DNA from: Bacteriovoracia bacterium
GTDB lineage: Bacteria > Bdellovibrionota > UBA1018 > CAIPTA01
Assembly: GCA_050246755.1 (NCBI GenBank)
Contig: JBFWVL010000002.1
Location: 320,001 to 384,000 of the forward strand
DNA: 64,000 nucleotides
Direction: 5' to 3'
The position numbers and the translations under genes were made by a program. This document shows positions 49,699 through 59,104 of this stretch, piece by piece (the first letter of the stretch is position 1; each line of letters starts with the position of its first letter). The notes beneath the pieces were generated by a model. It was not told the origin of the DNA and searched no databases. It saw only the letters and a list, made by a program, of their open reading frames with translations.

Positions 49699-50469
49699 CT
49701 AACTGTTCTCCGCCGATTTCGTGGCCAACAAATTCGGAGCGCGCTCCGTGATCAGCTTTCCTAAATACGCCTGGACCGCCGCCATCATCCCAAACTGGTA
49801 AGGCGCCAGACAAACACTCAGGCCTATGGCCACGTATTCCAGCCCCGAGAAGCGGAAGCTCAGCATGCGCACGGGAAAGAGCAGGAGCAGGCTAGGTGCC
49901 GCCTGCAACAACAGCGCCAGCAAGCATCCTTTCCAGATGGCACGGAAGGCTTTCCAGGAGTCCCGGGTAGAGTGATGGGAATGCCCGCGGGCGGCCACCA
50001 GGGCCGTGGCGCCATGATAGAGAACGAACCATACCGGAATAAAAATCACCACTAATCCGCCCGTGATTGAGGCGAAACGAATGGGATTCGTGATGCTCGT
50101 CATATAATTCGTAAGCGCATAAGCAAAAGCGGGGATCAGGGTGAGGCAGGTGAGCGTGGCTACCTTGATCGACATCCAGGTCCAGGAGATGCCGAAATCC
50201 CAGAGTGAAGGCTGATGGCGGGCGAAGGAATTACGCAACTTATGCAAAACACTGAAAAGCAAAATCAGCGCGAGGGCGAAAAAGAAAAAACTCGCCAGGG
50301 TATACCCGAGAACCGCGAAAGATTCTTGGGAGGCCATTCCCGAATCGATGGCATTTTTTTTCGATTTGCTGAGTTCGCCGAATAATATCCCCACCGCCCA
50401 AAAGAATGTGCCGAGGTAGTAGGCGGTTTGTTTCATTTCCAAGCGCAAAAAATCTAGGATGGACTTCAT
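49699..50469 (-). CDS. Hypothetical multi-pass membrane protein
   Basis: About 6 hydrophobic segments. Confidence 0.6.
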   Translation of the reverse strand: MKSILDFLRLEMKQTAYYLGTFFWAVGILFGELSKSKKNAIDSGMASQESFAVLGYTLASFFFFALALILLFSVLHKLRNSFARHQPSLWDFGISWTWMSIKVATLTCLTLIPAFAYALTNYMTSITNPIRFASITGGLVVIFIPVWFVLYHGATALVAARGHSHHSTRDSWKAFRAIWKGCLLALLLQAAPSLLLLFPVRMLSFRFSGLEYVAIGLSVCLAPYQFGMMAAVQAYLGKLITERAPNLLATKSAENS

Positions 50470-50548
50470 TTCTTTCCCCAAGATGAAAAGGTTAGGGCGG
50501 GCGGTTCGCCTAAATTTTAGGCCGAAATAGCCGGGAAGGAAATCAATT

Positions 50549-53500
50549 TTAGAAAGAGTGAAAGTATTGAGTAGGCTCGATCACCAGGCGCGCTTGCTCG
50601 CGGTCTTTGCTCTCGGGCCATACGCTCTTCACGTCGGCCACCCATACGCTATAGGAATTGGTTTCTCGCTGGAGCTTGCCGGTCACCACGAGAAAGCAAT
50701 TATCCAAAAAAGCATCCTTTACTCTTTCCCAGATATCAGGGGCGATCGCGATATCCAGAAAGCCGAACTCGTCCTCGAGAGTGCCGAAGGTCATGCCTTT
50801 CGCGGTGGGCGGCTGCTGGCGCACCAGTAATAAACCCGAAAATTTCACCTGCGTCCCGGGGCGCTGGAGCTTGGCGGTCTGGGTATTCAGCTTGGGCAGG
50901 GGCAATATTTTCCGCAGCGCCATCATGGGATGCCCGTGCGTGGAGAGCGAAAATGCATCATATTCTTCGAGAATTTTTTCGTAATCGCCGAGGGCATGGA
51001 ATTTTGCCCCGCTTTCCTCCACATAACCGGAATCGAGGAATAAATCTCCCTGCACGCGGTCGCGGCGGCGCTGAAACTCGAGCACCTGCCAAAGCGCTTC
51101 GCGCGGAGGAAAGCCGAAGCATTCGAATGTCCCCCCCATGGCCAAACGCAGGAGCGCGTCTCGCCGCACAGGGGCGCGCTTAAGAAAATCCGCCAAGCCG
51201 GTAAAAGGGCGGAGGCTAAGGATTTTTTCGGCTTCCTCCCGGTGCATTCCCTTCACCATTTTCCAGCCTAAGCGCAGCGCACCGTTTTCGATGGTACTTT
51301 CCCAGGCGGAAGCATTCAAATGCACGGGCAATACCGTTACCCCCTGAAGCTTGGCGCTATCCACCAGGGTATGGGGAGAGTAAAATCCCATGGGCTGGGA
51401 GTTCAAAAGCCCGCAGGTGAATTCGGCGGGATGATGGCACTTTAAATAACAGGAAACATACGCCAAGAGCGCGAAGCTCGCCGCGTGGCTTTCCGGAAAA
51501 CCGTACTGCGCAAAGCCTTGGATCTGCTGAAAGATGCGGTCGCAAAACTCCTCCGATAAACCATTTTTTTTAAAGCCATCCTTTAAGCGCTGGCCCATCT
51601 TCGTGATCGATCCTTCGGAACGCCAGGCCGCGATGGCGCGCCGAAGCTCATCGGCTTCGCCGGGAGTAAAGCCACCGAGCTCTACCGCCATCTTCATCAC
51701 TTGTTCCTGGAAAAGCGGTACGCCGAGAGTTCGCCCCAAAATCGCGCGCAGGGCCGGGTGAGGGTAGTCTTCCTTTTCTTCTTTGCGGCGCCGGCGTAAA
51801 TAGGGGTGCACCATTTTTCCCACGATGGGTCCCGGCCTCACGATCGCCACCTGGATCACCAGATCGTAAAATTTCTCCGGCAACAGCCTGCCCAGCATCG
51901 ACATTTGCGCGCGGCTTTCAACCTGAAAGGTACCCACCGTATCGGCCATCTGGATCATCTTATAGGTTTTCGGGCATTCCTTGGGGAGCAAGTGCATTTC
52001 CGTTTTCACGAGCTTCAGGGTGCGCTGGATCGCGGTAAGCATCCCGAGCGAGAGCAAATCTACTTTTAGGAGGCCGAGAAAATCTAGGTCGTATTTATCC
52101 CACTGGATGATGGTACGGTTCTCCATCCTCGCCGGCTCGATGGGCACGATCTCGATCAAGGGATCGGCCGAAAGGGTGAACCCCCCGCTGTGGATCGAAA
52201 GATGGCGCGGGAAGCCCGCCATTTCCTCCGAAAGCGCTTCCAGTAATTTCCTGGGCTCCTTAGTTTCGGTGTTCTGGGCGCGCTCGTCGAAAAACTTATT
52301 GAGCTTCTTGGCCGAGAGCGTCCCCACGTCGATGCCGAGAGCTTTGGCCAGTTCCCGGAAAGCCGAACGCCGGCGGTAGGTGATCACCGCACTCACCATG
52401 CCGGCGCGATCGCGCCCGTAACGCTCGTAAACGTACTGCAAAACTTCTTCACGTCTTTCGTGCTCGAAATCCACGTCGATATCGGGTGGCTCGTTCCGTT
52501 CCTCCGAGATAAAGCGCTCAAACAGCAAATTCATGTGAACGGGATCGATCGCGGTGATGCCGAGACAATAGCAAACCACGCTATTGGCGGCAGCACCCCG
52601 GCCCTGGCAGAGAATGTCTTTGGAGCGCGCAAATGCCACGATATCGTTAATGGTGAGAAAATAATCGGGAAAGCCAAGTTTCTCGATCAGGCGAAGCTCA
52701 TGTTTCATCTGCGCGCTCACGGCATCTGGTATCCCATTGGGATATCGCTCTTGCGCTCCCTTCCGGGTGAGATGCTCGAGGTAGGACTGCGCCGTATGCG
52801 ATTGCGGAATCCATTCCGAGGGATAACGGTATTTCAACTCCGAAGGGCAAAAGGTGCATTGTCCGGCGATTTCAATCGTGGCCTCGACGGCTTCCGGCAG
52901 ATCCGAAAAAAGTGCCCGCATTTCGGCGCAGGACTTCAGCCTCCTTTCGCCGTTGGGGAAAAGCTTATGCCCTAATTTCTGCAAAGACGCATTCTCGCGC
53001 ACGGCGGTGAGCGCGTCCTGAAGGGGCTGCCGCGCGCTCTCGTGGTAGTGCACGTCGTTCGTGGCTACGATGGGCACGCTCCAGCGGTCGCGTATCCAGA
53101 TGGCTTTTTCGGTATTTTCTTTTTCGAATCCATCGCGTAACCGATGGAGGGTCACGTAGAGGCGGGAAAAGAGTGGGCGCAGCCGTAAAAAATCCGCCGT
53201 GAGCGGAGCCAAGGCGAATAAACCTTCCGCCGCCTCCGGAAATGCATTCAGCAGCGCGCGCAATTCTTCGAAACGCAGCGCGGCCTTTCCTTTCTCCTTT
53301 CCGGCATGGCTGGCGGTGAGGATACGGCAAAGCAAGCCATAAGCCTTACGGTCACGGGCGAGAAGAGTGAGCCGCGACGAATTTTCCAGGGAGAGGCTGG
53401 CTCCCGATATCAATTTTAGGTCGGGGTATTTCTTTTTTTCCCAGAATGCTTTCGGGATGCCGTACACGCCGTCGAAATCGTTCAGCGCAATGGCGGATAA

Positions 53501-53593
53501 GCCGAGCTCCGCCGCTTTAATGATCAGCTCCTCCGGAGAGGAAGCTCCGCGCAGAAAAGAAAAATTCGTCTTTACCTCGAGCTCGGCGTACAT
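50549..53593 (-). CDS. dnaE2: Error-prone DNA polymerase DnaE2/ImuC
   Basis: YAEL...NFSFLRGAS, PPDIDVDFEHERREEV, FPRHLSIHSGG, YGFPESHA and NSQPMGFY motifs. Start overlaps the imuB stop. Confidence 0.96.
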   Translation of the reverse strand: MYAELEVKTNFSFLRGASSPEELIIKAAELGLSAIALNDFDGVYGIPKAFWEKKKYPDLKLISGASLSLENSSRLTLLARDRKAYGLLCRILTASHAGKEKGKAALRFEELRALLNAFPEAAEGLFALAPLTADFLRLRPLFSRLYVTLHRLRDGFEKENTEKAIWIRDRWSVPIVATNDVHYHESARQPLQDALTAVRENASLQKLGHKLFPNGERRLKSCAEMRALFSDLPEAVEATIEIAGQCTFCPSELKYRYPSEWIPQSHTAQSYLEHLTRKGAQERYPNGIPDAVSAQMKHELRLIEKLGFPDYFLTINDIVAFARSKDILCQGRGAAANSVVCYCLGITAIDPVHMNLLFERFISEERNEPPDIDVDFEHERREEVLQYVYERYGRDRAGMVSAVITYRRRSAFRELAKALGIDVGTLSAKKLNKFFDERAQNTETKEPRKLLEALSEEMAGFPRHLSIHSGGFTLSADPLIEIVPIEPARMENRTIIQWDKYDLDFLGLLKVDLLSLGMLTAIQRTLKLVKTEMHLLPKECPKTYKMIQMADTVGTFQVESRAQMSMLGRLLPEKFYDLVIQVAIVRPGPIVGKMVHPYLRRRRKEEKEDYPHPALRAILGRTLGVPLFQEQVMKMAVELGGFTPGEADELRRAIAAWRSEGSITKMGQRLKDGFKKNGLSEEFCDRIFQQIQGFAQYGFPESHAASFALLAYVSCYLKCHHPAEFTCGLLNSQPMGFYSPHTLVDSAKLQGVTVLPVHLNASAWESTIENGALRLGWKMVKGMHREEAEKILSLRPFTGLADFLKRAPVRRDALLRLAMGGTFECFGFPPREALWQVLEFQRRRDRVQGDLFLDSGYVEESGAKFHALGDYEKILEEYDAFSLSTHGHPMMALRKILPLPKLNTQTAKLQRPGTQVKFSGLLLVRQQPPTAKGMTFGTLEDEFGFLDIAIAPDIWERVKDAFLDNCFLVVTGKLQRETNSYSVWVADVKSVWPESKDREQARLVIEPTQYFHSF

Positions 53594-54858
53594 CAGTCGA
53601 AAATCCCGTGCAAAAAAAGCTCGGTCTCGTTGAAATGGCGGAATACCCATAGCCGTTCTCCCGCCAAAGTATCCACACAAAAATACTCCCGGGAAAATCC
53701 CCCGAGCCACCATTCTCCGCGCAACTTCTCCGGCCCCTCAAAAGCCAGGATCCCCCAAGAACGATTCTGGCAACGCAAAAAATTTCCGTCGCGGCGGATC
53801 GGAAGGGGCTTAGCCAATAAGCGCAGAGGGCGTAACGGCACATGGGGCAAGAGCTCGCCTTTCCCGGGTTCCAGCGATTTTTTCCAGGCCGCTTCGGGTA
53901 ATAAACGAGGGGAGGGCGCCGCCAGAAAAGCCGCATTTTCACCCAGCCTTTCGCTCAGTCTGGCCACGAGCGAAGCCCAGGCTTCTTTTTCTTCTTCTAC
54001 TTTGGAAAAAAAGTCTCGCTGTGCATTGCGGAAGGGGGCCGTTTCGATAATTTCGATCGCAACCTCTTCCAGCGCATCTTCTAGCGGCCGGCTTTCCAGC
54101 TCCTTGGCGATTCTATCCTGCAAAAACTGCAGTACTCCTTTCGGATCCGATTGGGGCAAGGGCAGCCTCACTTCCAGCAGACGCTCGCGGGATCCGTTAC
54201 GCGCCAGGCGGTTGAGCCGAAAACGCAATCGAAATGCCATTAGCATCTCGGCCCTCGCGAAAAGGCGGATAAATACGCGGTCGATCAATCCTTTGAGAAT
54301 AAAGAAAATAGGCTCGAGATTTTCGATCTGGGCCGCGAAATCCAGCTCCGTTTTCTCTTCGATTTTTGCGGAAGGCACGAATCGGGGCCAGGCGATACGT
54401 TTAGCCTCGAACACCTTAGCGTATGCCCGCGCGCCCTCCTTGCCGAAACGTGCCGGGATTTCCTTAAGCGGTACGGCCAAAAATTCACCCAGAGTTTTTA
54501 TGCCAAGCTTGCGCAGGATGGCACCCGGGGAAAAATCGCTGGGCGTAAACGGAGAAAGATAATCGCGAAGAGCATCCACGGGCAGATTTTCCCGCGCGGT
54601 AATTCCGTAGCGCGCAAAGGCCAGCGAAGAAGGTAAATCACCGGCGCTGCTGATCGTGGCGGCGAGCTGGAAAGCGCCGAGGATTTCTTGCAGCCTCGCA
54701 AAACATTGCTCGAGAGAAAAAAGCCCTAGGGAACCAGAAACCTCCACGAAAACCGCTTCGTGGGATACGGCTACTTGCGGGCTAAACGCCAAGCAGGCCT
54801 CCGCCAAGGCCGGAAGCCGGGAAAAATTTTCGCGCAGCAGGAGGCAAACCACCACCAT
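53593..54858 (-). CDS. imuB: ImuB (inactive Y-family polymerase)
   Basis: FSP.V, LGIKTLG and RFG motifs, clamp-binding motif QRDFF, C-terminal GPE.L..EWW...REYF...LFLHGIFD. Confidence 0.9.
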   Translation of the reverse strand: MVVVCLLLRENFSRLPALAEACLAFSPQVAVSHEAVFVEVSGSLGLFSLEQCFARLQEILGAFQLAATISSAGDLPSSLAFARYGITARENLPVDALRDYLSPFTPSDFSPGAILRKLGIKTLGEFLAVPLKEIPARFGKEGARAYAKVFEAKRIAWPRFVPSAKIEEKTELDFAAQIENLEPIFFILKGLIDRVFIRLFARAEMLMAFRLRFRLNRLARNGSRERLLEVRLPLPQSDPKGVLQFLQDRIAKELESRPLEDALEEVAIEIIETAPFRNAQRDFFSKVEEEKEAWASLVARLSERLGENAAFLAAPSPRLLPEAAWKKSLEPGKGELLPHVPLRPLRLLAKPLPIRRDGNFLRCQNRSWGILAFEGPEKLRGEWWLGGFSREYFCVDTLAGERLWVFRHFNETELFLHGIFD

Positions 54859-54859
54859 T

Positions 54860-55366
54860 TCACTTTTGCCGCAGAACGAAGAGCTTCCGTTCGCGCACCT
54901 CCAGCGAAAGGGCGATCGGCCAGGCGGCGAGGGGTTTTTTTCGCGCCAAGAGAATTACGGTGGCCTCGGCCTTTTCGGCCAATAGCTGAAAGCGCCTCAA
55001 CTGCCGCTCGTCCTCGCGGTAGGGCGCGTGGAATACGAGGATCGGGAATAAGCGGCTGCGGAGGATGGTGGCCGCGGCCCACGCCGCATCCTTTCCAGCC
55101 TCAACAAAAAATGTGTTCTCGAGCTTTCTCTTTCTCTGAAAGAGGGCGGGCGGATAGAGGGAAAATTCACTCTCGATCCAGGCGGCCGGTACCTCGGAAT
55201 TCTCCGCGAGAAAATGCGCCACGTTCTCGGTTTTCCCCTGACCCGAAACTTCCACCAGCACGCCTTTCGGCAAGCCTCCCGCCAAAAGCGAGTAAGGATG
55301 GGTTTCGCTGCGGGAGAGTTTCTTGAGGGCGCCGATGCGCGCGCGCAGCTCTTGTAGAGCGGACAT
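54860..55366 (-). CDS. imuA: ImuA-like protein, copy 2
   Basis: GGLPKGVLVEVSGQGKT, YPPAL and LRRFQL.AEK motifs. First gene of the imuA-imuB-dnaE2 cassette; GGAG RBS before 55366. Confidence 0.8.
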   Translation of the reverse strand: MSALQELRARIGALKKLSRSETHPYSLLAGGLPKGVLVEVSGQGKTENVAHFLAENSEVPAAWIESEFSLYPPALFQRKRKLENTFFVEAGKDAAWAAATILRSRLFPILVFHAPYREDERQLRRFQLLAEKAEATVILLARKKPLAAWPIALSLEVRERKLFVLRQK

Positions 55367-55446
55367 CCAGTCTCCAGCGCCCAATGGGGGCGAATTAAGT
55401 GGGTGATAAGCAGAGGGATCCATTCGCAGCGATGAACCACCCCTTA

Positions 55447-55476
55447 AGCATAATAGTACATTTGTAGTACAGTCAA
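55447..55476 (-). promoter_or_regulatory. imuA-imuB-dnaE2 promoter with a candidate LexA box
   Basis: TTGACT-N18-TATGCT with GTAC-N7-GTAC (55456-55470) in the spacer. Confidence 0.7.
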
Positions 55477-55595
55477 GGGCATTCCATAGATGAGCTCAAT
55501 ATTTTCCTTACAATAAGGAAAGCAGGTATCTAAATCCGCGAAATATTTTAGACTATTCAGGAGAGCTCCCCCCGATAGAAAATTTTGGAGTATCG

Positions 55596-56084
55596 ATGAA
55601 ACTCACCCTAACTCTTTTGGTTCTTACCTATTTTTTGAGCCCCCATGCGGAAGCTGGCTGCATGCCTGGAACCGAAGGCGCCTGCGGCGATCAAAATATC
55701 TGCGTTTCTGATCAGCCCACCGCAAAAAGCGGCCGTGGCGATAATAATAAGTGCCTGCCGGCAAAAGTATGCGGCGCGCTCCGCATGATCGCCAAAGAGT
55801 TCGGGAAAGTAGAGATCGCTTCCGCCATGCGCGTAAATAACGCCCGTCGCGGTGGCGCAAAAAATTCTTGGCATAAAACCTGTAACGCCGCCGATTTCTT
55901 GGTACCCAACCACCAGAGCAAAGCCACCCAGCAAAAATTGGCTAAGCTCATGATGGGCATCAATGGGATAGGCAAGAACGTCTACTGCACCGGGCGCTCC
56001 CACGTGAGCATTTCGCCCCGGGAATATTTCTACAGCAGCTGCGTGGCCGGCGGAAAAAAGCGCGCAAAAAGAAAACACCGTTAA
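55596..56084 (+). CDS. Module 2: secreted Cys-rich M15/LAS-type zinc peptidase
   Basis: Signal peptide ending AEA; I.SAMR, GGAKNSWHKTCNAAD (H-x6-D) and GIG...Y....SHVS motifs; 8 Cys. Confidence 0.75.
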   Translation: MKLTLTLLVLTYFLSPHAEAGCMPGTEGACGDQNICVSDQPTAKSGRGDNNKCLPAKVCGALRMIAKEFGKVEIASAMRVNNARRGGAKNSWHKTCNAADFLVPNHQSKATQQKLAKLMMGINGIGKNVYCTGRSHVSISPREYFYSSCVAGGKKRAKRKHR

Positions 56085-56096
56085 GCAGGAGGAAAA

Positions 56097-56792
56097 ATGC
56101 ACTACCTATTCATGCTAGCCCTCTTATCCGGCACCCAAGCCCTCGCCGCTAAAGATTATTCCAAGCTGCCCAAAAGTTTTTGCGAGCCCGTGACCAGAAT
56201 CGCGTCCGCGGTGGAAGATTGCGAAGGCAACGATCTCTTCCTGCAAAAAGGCGAAGACTGCCTAGACCTACTGGATAAAGAATCCAAGACCGTGGCCGGC
56301 ATCCTACCCGCCGCCTTTTCGAAAGACCTCACCCAAAAGCAGGGAGCGAAATTCGACTCCTCCGGCAAGGACTATAAAGTAACCTCTCTTTCCCTCGCGT
56401 ACCTGATCGCCGTTACGAACACGGCGATAGCGGAAATCAAATCCTACCAAGAAAATTTAGTGCTGCCTCCAGACAGCGACGAGGAAGAAGTTACCGGAGG
56501 CAATGTGCAAGCCTACGCGATGAGCGTGGACTGCTACGGCGCGAATAAGGAAAATCTCGACAGCCTGCTCGAAGATTTCGATAAGCGCCTGAAGCAGCTT
56601 CAAGGCGCTAAGGCCATCGCCGACGCTCACGACTCCACCTCAGGCTCCCGCGAGCAAAAAGTGCAGATGAATTCCGGCACCGATATTATTCGGGGCCAGG
56701 GTAAAGCCGCCGTACTGCCCAAGGGTGGAATTCCGGAAAATCGAGATTCCGACGTTTCGGGAATCAAAGAGAGCAAAGAAAAGAAAAAATAA
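56097..56792 (+). CDS. Module 2 partner: secreted 4-Cys helical protein (NRDSDVSG family)
   Basis: AGGAGG RBS; signal peptide; C-x12-C-x12-C, LPPD, DCY and ENRDSDVSG. Confidence 0.75.
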   Translation: MHYLFMLALLSGTQALAAKDYSKLPKSFCEPVTRIASAVEDCEGNDLFLQKGEDCLDLLDKESKTVAGILPAAFSKDLTQKQGAKFDSSGKDYKVTSLSLAYLIAVTNTAIAEIKSYQENLVLPPDSDEEEVTGGNVQAYAMSVDCYGANKENLDSLLEDFDKRLKQLQGAKAIADAHDSTSGSREQKVQMNSGTDIIRGQGKAAVLPKGGIPENRDSDVSGIKESKEKKK

Positions 56793-56795
56793 AGA

Positions 56796-58343
56796 TCAGC
56801 CCTGAAGCGCTTTTAGGGTACGTAACACTATAGGCTCTTCCATCTTCAGCGTTTCCAGCTCGCCGAATAGTGCATAGCAAATATCTTCGTAGGAAAAGGA
56901 GTTTTCCCCGTTTTGCTCCAGCAGGGCCTGCACGTAGCGGATGGAGCGGTCGATGAGCTTATTATTGCTCGGCTTCACCCAGGTCATTAGATTCCCTTCA
57001 TAGCGCCCGAGCCGCGCCATCAGAAGGGAAGAGTGCGTATTCAACAAAAGCTTCAGGTAAATATGCTCAAAGAGCGGATGCAGCTTTTCTACGCTGAAAG
57101 AAGTTTCTCCCGCCGGGGAACGCCAAACCATATTTCCGCCTTCGCGGGTGATCGAAAATATTTCTTGCCGCTTGCCGTTCAGGCGCTTCACGCGCTGCTC
57201 GCGGGCATTGCGACTGAAATCATACCCACGCAGGCGCGGCCAGTTCGACACGGCGGCCAGCTCGTCCCATTCGAGAGGAATAGGCTCGCGCAGCAAGAGC
57301 TCTTTCCAGGCGCTCATTACGTCGGCGGCTTTCGGGAAACTCAAATAGGCCAATGCGGGGGCCGCGTCTTGGTCCAAAAGGTTCTCCACGGGCACGAGGC
57401 TAAAGGTGGGAGAACGCTCAGTGGTGTCGGTAAAGATCGTGATGCCGTAGCGATCGGTCTCATAGAGCGTATATCCGCCCGCCAAGTAGAGGGCCGCTTC
57501 CCATTCGATATACTTCTGCACCGAAGCTAAGGGAGCCTTACGATAAAAGTCCACGAAAGGCGCGAGGTCCAAAAGCTTTTTTGGATTTTTTGGATCGGCG
57601 AAAAGCGCCACACCCGCGGCCAGCATCAAAACCGTGCTCGCCTGCAAGCGCGTGCTCCCCGAGATCGCCATTGGCCCCGTGAGAATCGGAATCGTGCGCA
57701 GGGCGGGATTATTTAGGAAGCGGCGGCAACGCTCGAGCCGCTCCGCCAACAGCGCGGGCGGATTACAAAATAAAACGTAGTGGGGTGCGCGGGAAATGCG
57801 CGCGGCCTCTTCCACCGCCCCAATGACCGAGGGAGTTTCGCCGCCTTCCGTGGTGGCGATCATCAAATCGCCCTCGCTAAAACCCAGCTCCCTCACCTGG
57901 CGTGCGCCGAAATCCGGATGATCCTCAAAATTCTCGATCGAACGCACCAGGGCAATATCCCCGCCCGACATAAAGGAAACCAAGCGATCCGCATCTTTGC
58001 TTCCCTGGTGCACAAAGCGCCAGATCACCTCGAGGGAAAGCGATAGTCTTCCGGTGGCTCCGCAGCCATAAAAAAACACTCTTTTACCCTTCGCGAAAGT
58101 GGCGTGAATGGCCTCGGCCATTTTTTCGAGCTCGGCCCGTTTTTCGAGAATCTTTTCCATGGCTGCTAAATCCACGGCGCGGAAAATTTCCATGGCCTCG
58201 GGAAGATTGTCTTTCGCCAGGGAAGATAATTGCAGCGTGGCCGGGTGCTGGCTTTCGGTAGGCAGAGAACCCAAGCGAAACTGGGGAGCGATTTTCAGAA
58301 AATCGTCGGCTTTCTTTCGGGCTTCCGGGCTCACCTTAGGCAT
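56796..58343 (-). CDS. MurQ/GKRP-like SIS-domain protein (extended)
   Basis: TESQHP, GCGATGRL, ENFED, GSTRLQA and GNLM..V...N.KL.DR parallel MurQ motifs; 515 aa. Confidence 0.7.
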   Translation of the reverse strand: MPKVSPEARKKADDFLKIAPQFRLGSLPTESQHPATLQLSSLAKDNLPEAMEIFRAVDLAAMEKILEKRAELEKMAEAIHATFAKGKRVFFYGCGATGRLSLSLEVIWRFVHQGSKDADRLVSFMSGGDIALVRSIENFEDHPDFGARQVRELGFSEGDLMIATTEGGETPSVIGAVEEAARISRAPHYVLFCNPPALLAERLERCRRFLNNPALRTIPILTGPMAISGSTRLQASTVLMLAAGVALFADPKNPKKLLDLAPFVDFYRKAPLASVQKYIEWEAALYLAGGYTLYETDRYGITIFTDTTERSPTFSLVPVENLLDQDAAPALAYLSFPKAADVMSAWKELLLREPIPLEWDELAAVSNWPRLRGYDFSRNAREQRVKRLNGKRQEIFSITREGGNMVWRSPAGETSFSVEKLHPLFEHIYLKLLLNTHSSLLMARLGRYEGNLMTWVKPSNNKLIDRSIRYVQALLEQNGENSFSYEDICYALFGELETLKMEEPIVLRTLKALQG

Positions 58344-58630
58344 GACCTAAGTGTAAGCGATTTTTGGGCTCTTTGTTAGGCCTGGCCCGTGACGCCCCGC
58401 CGCCACCATAAAATTAAATAAATATTATTTTTAAGGCGCTATTTAGCTGGGGCGCCCACCCTCGGCGATTTTTTAAAGCGAAGAATTTGCCAATTAAATT
58501 AAGCACTTGCATACACGCCACCGGATCGGCATGCGCAAGTAAAATAGATTTTCAGTCGATAAAGCCACACGACGATAAATTTCCTGAAAAACCCTCGTCG
58601 AGATGCAAGAATATTAGTGAGGAATCCCCG

Positions 58631-59074
58631 ATGCCCAACTTCAAATCCTTTACGTTTCTCTTGTTTTCTTTTCTTCTCGTATGCCTAGTGGTTGAACAGG
58701 ATGCGTGGGCAAGAAGAAAAAGACGCGGGCACCGCTATTTAGGCCGGCAAGGCGTGGCCTGCGTGGAATTCGCAACTCCACCAAAATGCGATATTCCCGC
58801 CTCCCGGGTTAAACAGTCCAACGGAGAGTTTCGCCTAAATCAGCAGCTTTGCGGAATGGTAAAAGCCCATCTTCAAAAACAGCCCAGCTGCTTTTTTACG
58901 ATCGGCTATCGCAGCTGTAAAACCAATAGTGGTATCCGTGGAGCTGCACGTAGATCCCGCCACCTATGTGGTAAGGCCGCGGACGTAAGAAAAGGCACCT
59001 GCAGTCTCGGCCAAGTTCACACCAAAGGAAGCGCCGTACACCAGCACTTTTCACCCTTAGGGCCTTGCCAATAA
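58631..59074 (+). CDS. Module 3: secreted Cys-rich M15/LAS-type zinc peptidase
   Basis: GAGGA RBS; signal peptide ending AWA; IGYRS...N..IRGAARRSRHLCGKAAD (H-x6-D) and HQHF; 8 mature Cys. Confidence 0.75.
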   Translation: MPNFKSFTFLLFSFLLVCLVVEQDAWARRKRRGHRYLGRQGVACVEFATPPKCDIPASRVKQSNGEFRLNQQLCGMVKAHLQKQPSCFFTIGYRSCKTNSGIRGAARRSRHLCGKAADVRKGTCSLGQVHTKGSAVHQHFSPLGPCQ

Positions 59075-59104
59075 ATTATAAATATTTAAAAATAGGACCC
59101 CCGA

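Noticed and set aside
53594-53713. ORF-track N-terminal extensions (dnaE2, rocD, miaA, rsuA-like, STAS, rsmI, surE, lexA, module 3 peptidase)
   Set aside because: They overlap neighbouring genes or promoters and precede the conserved N-terminal motifs. Downstream starts with RBS or stop/start overlaps were chosen instead.
16752-54562. Long antisense/alternate-frame ORFs (e.g. 16752-17570, 17516-18295, 24637-25644, 53630-54562)
   Set aside because: Fully overlapped by well-supported genes, show no motifs, and are expected from GC-rich codon bias.
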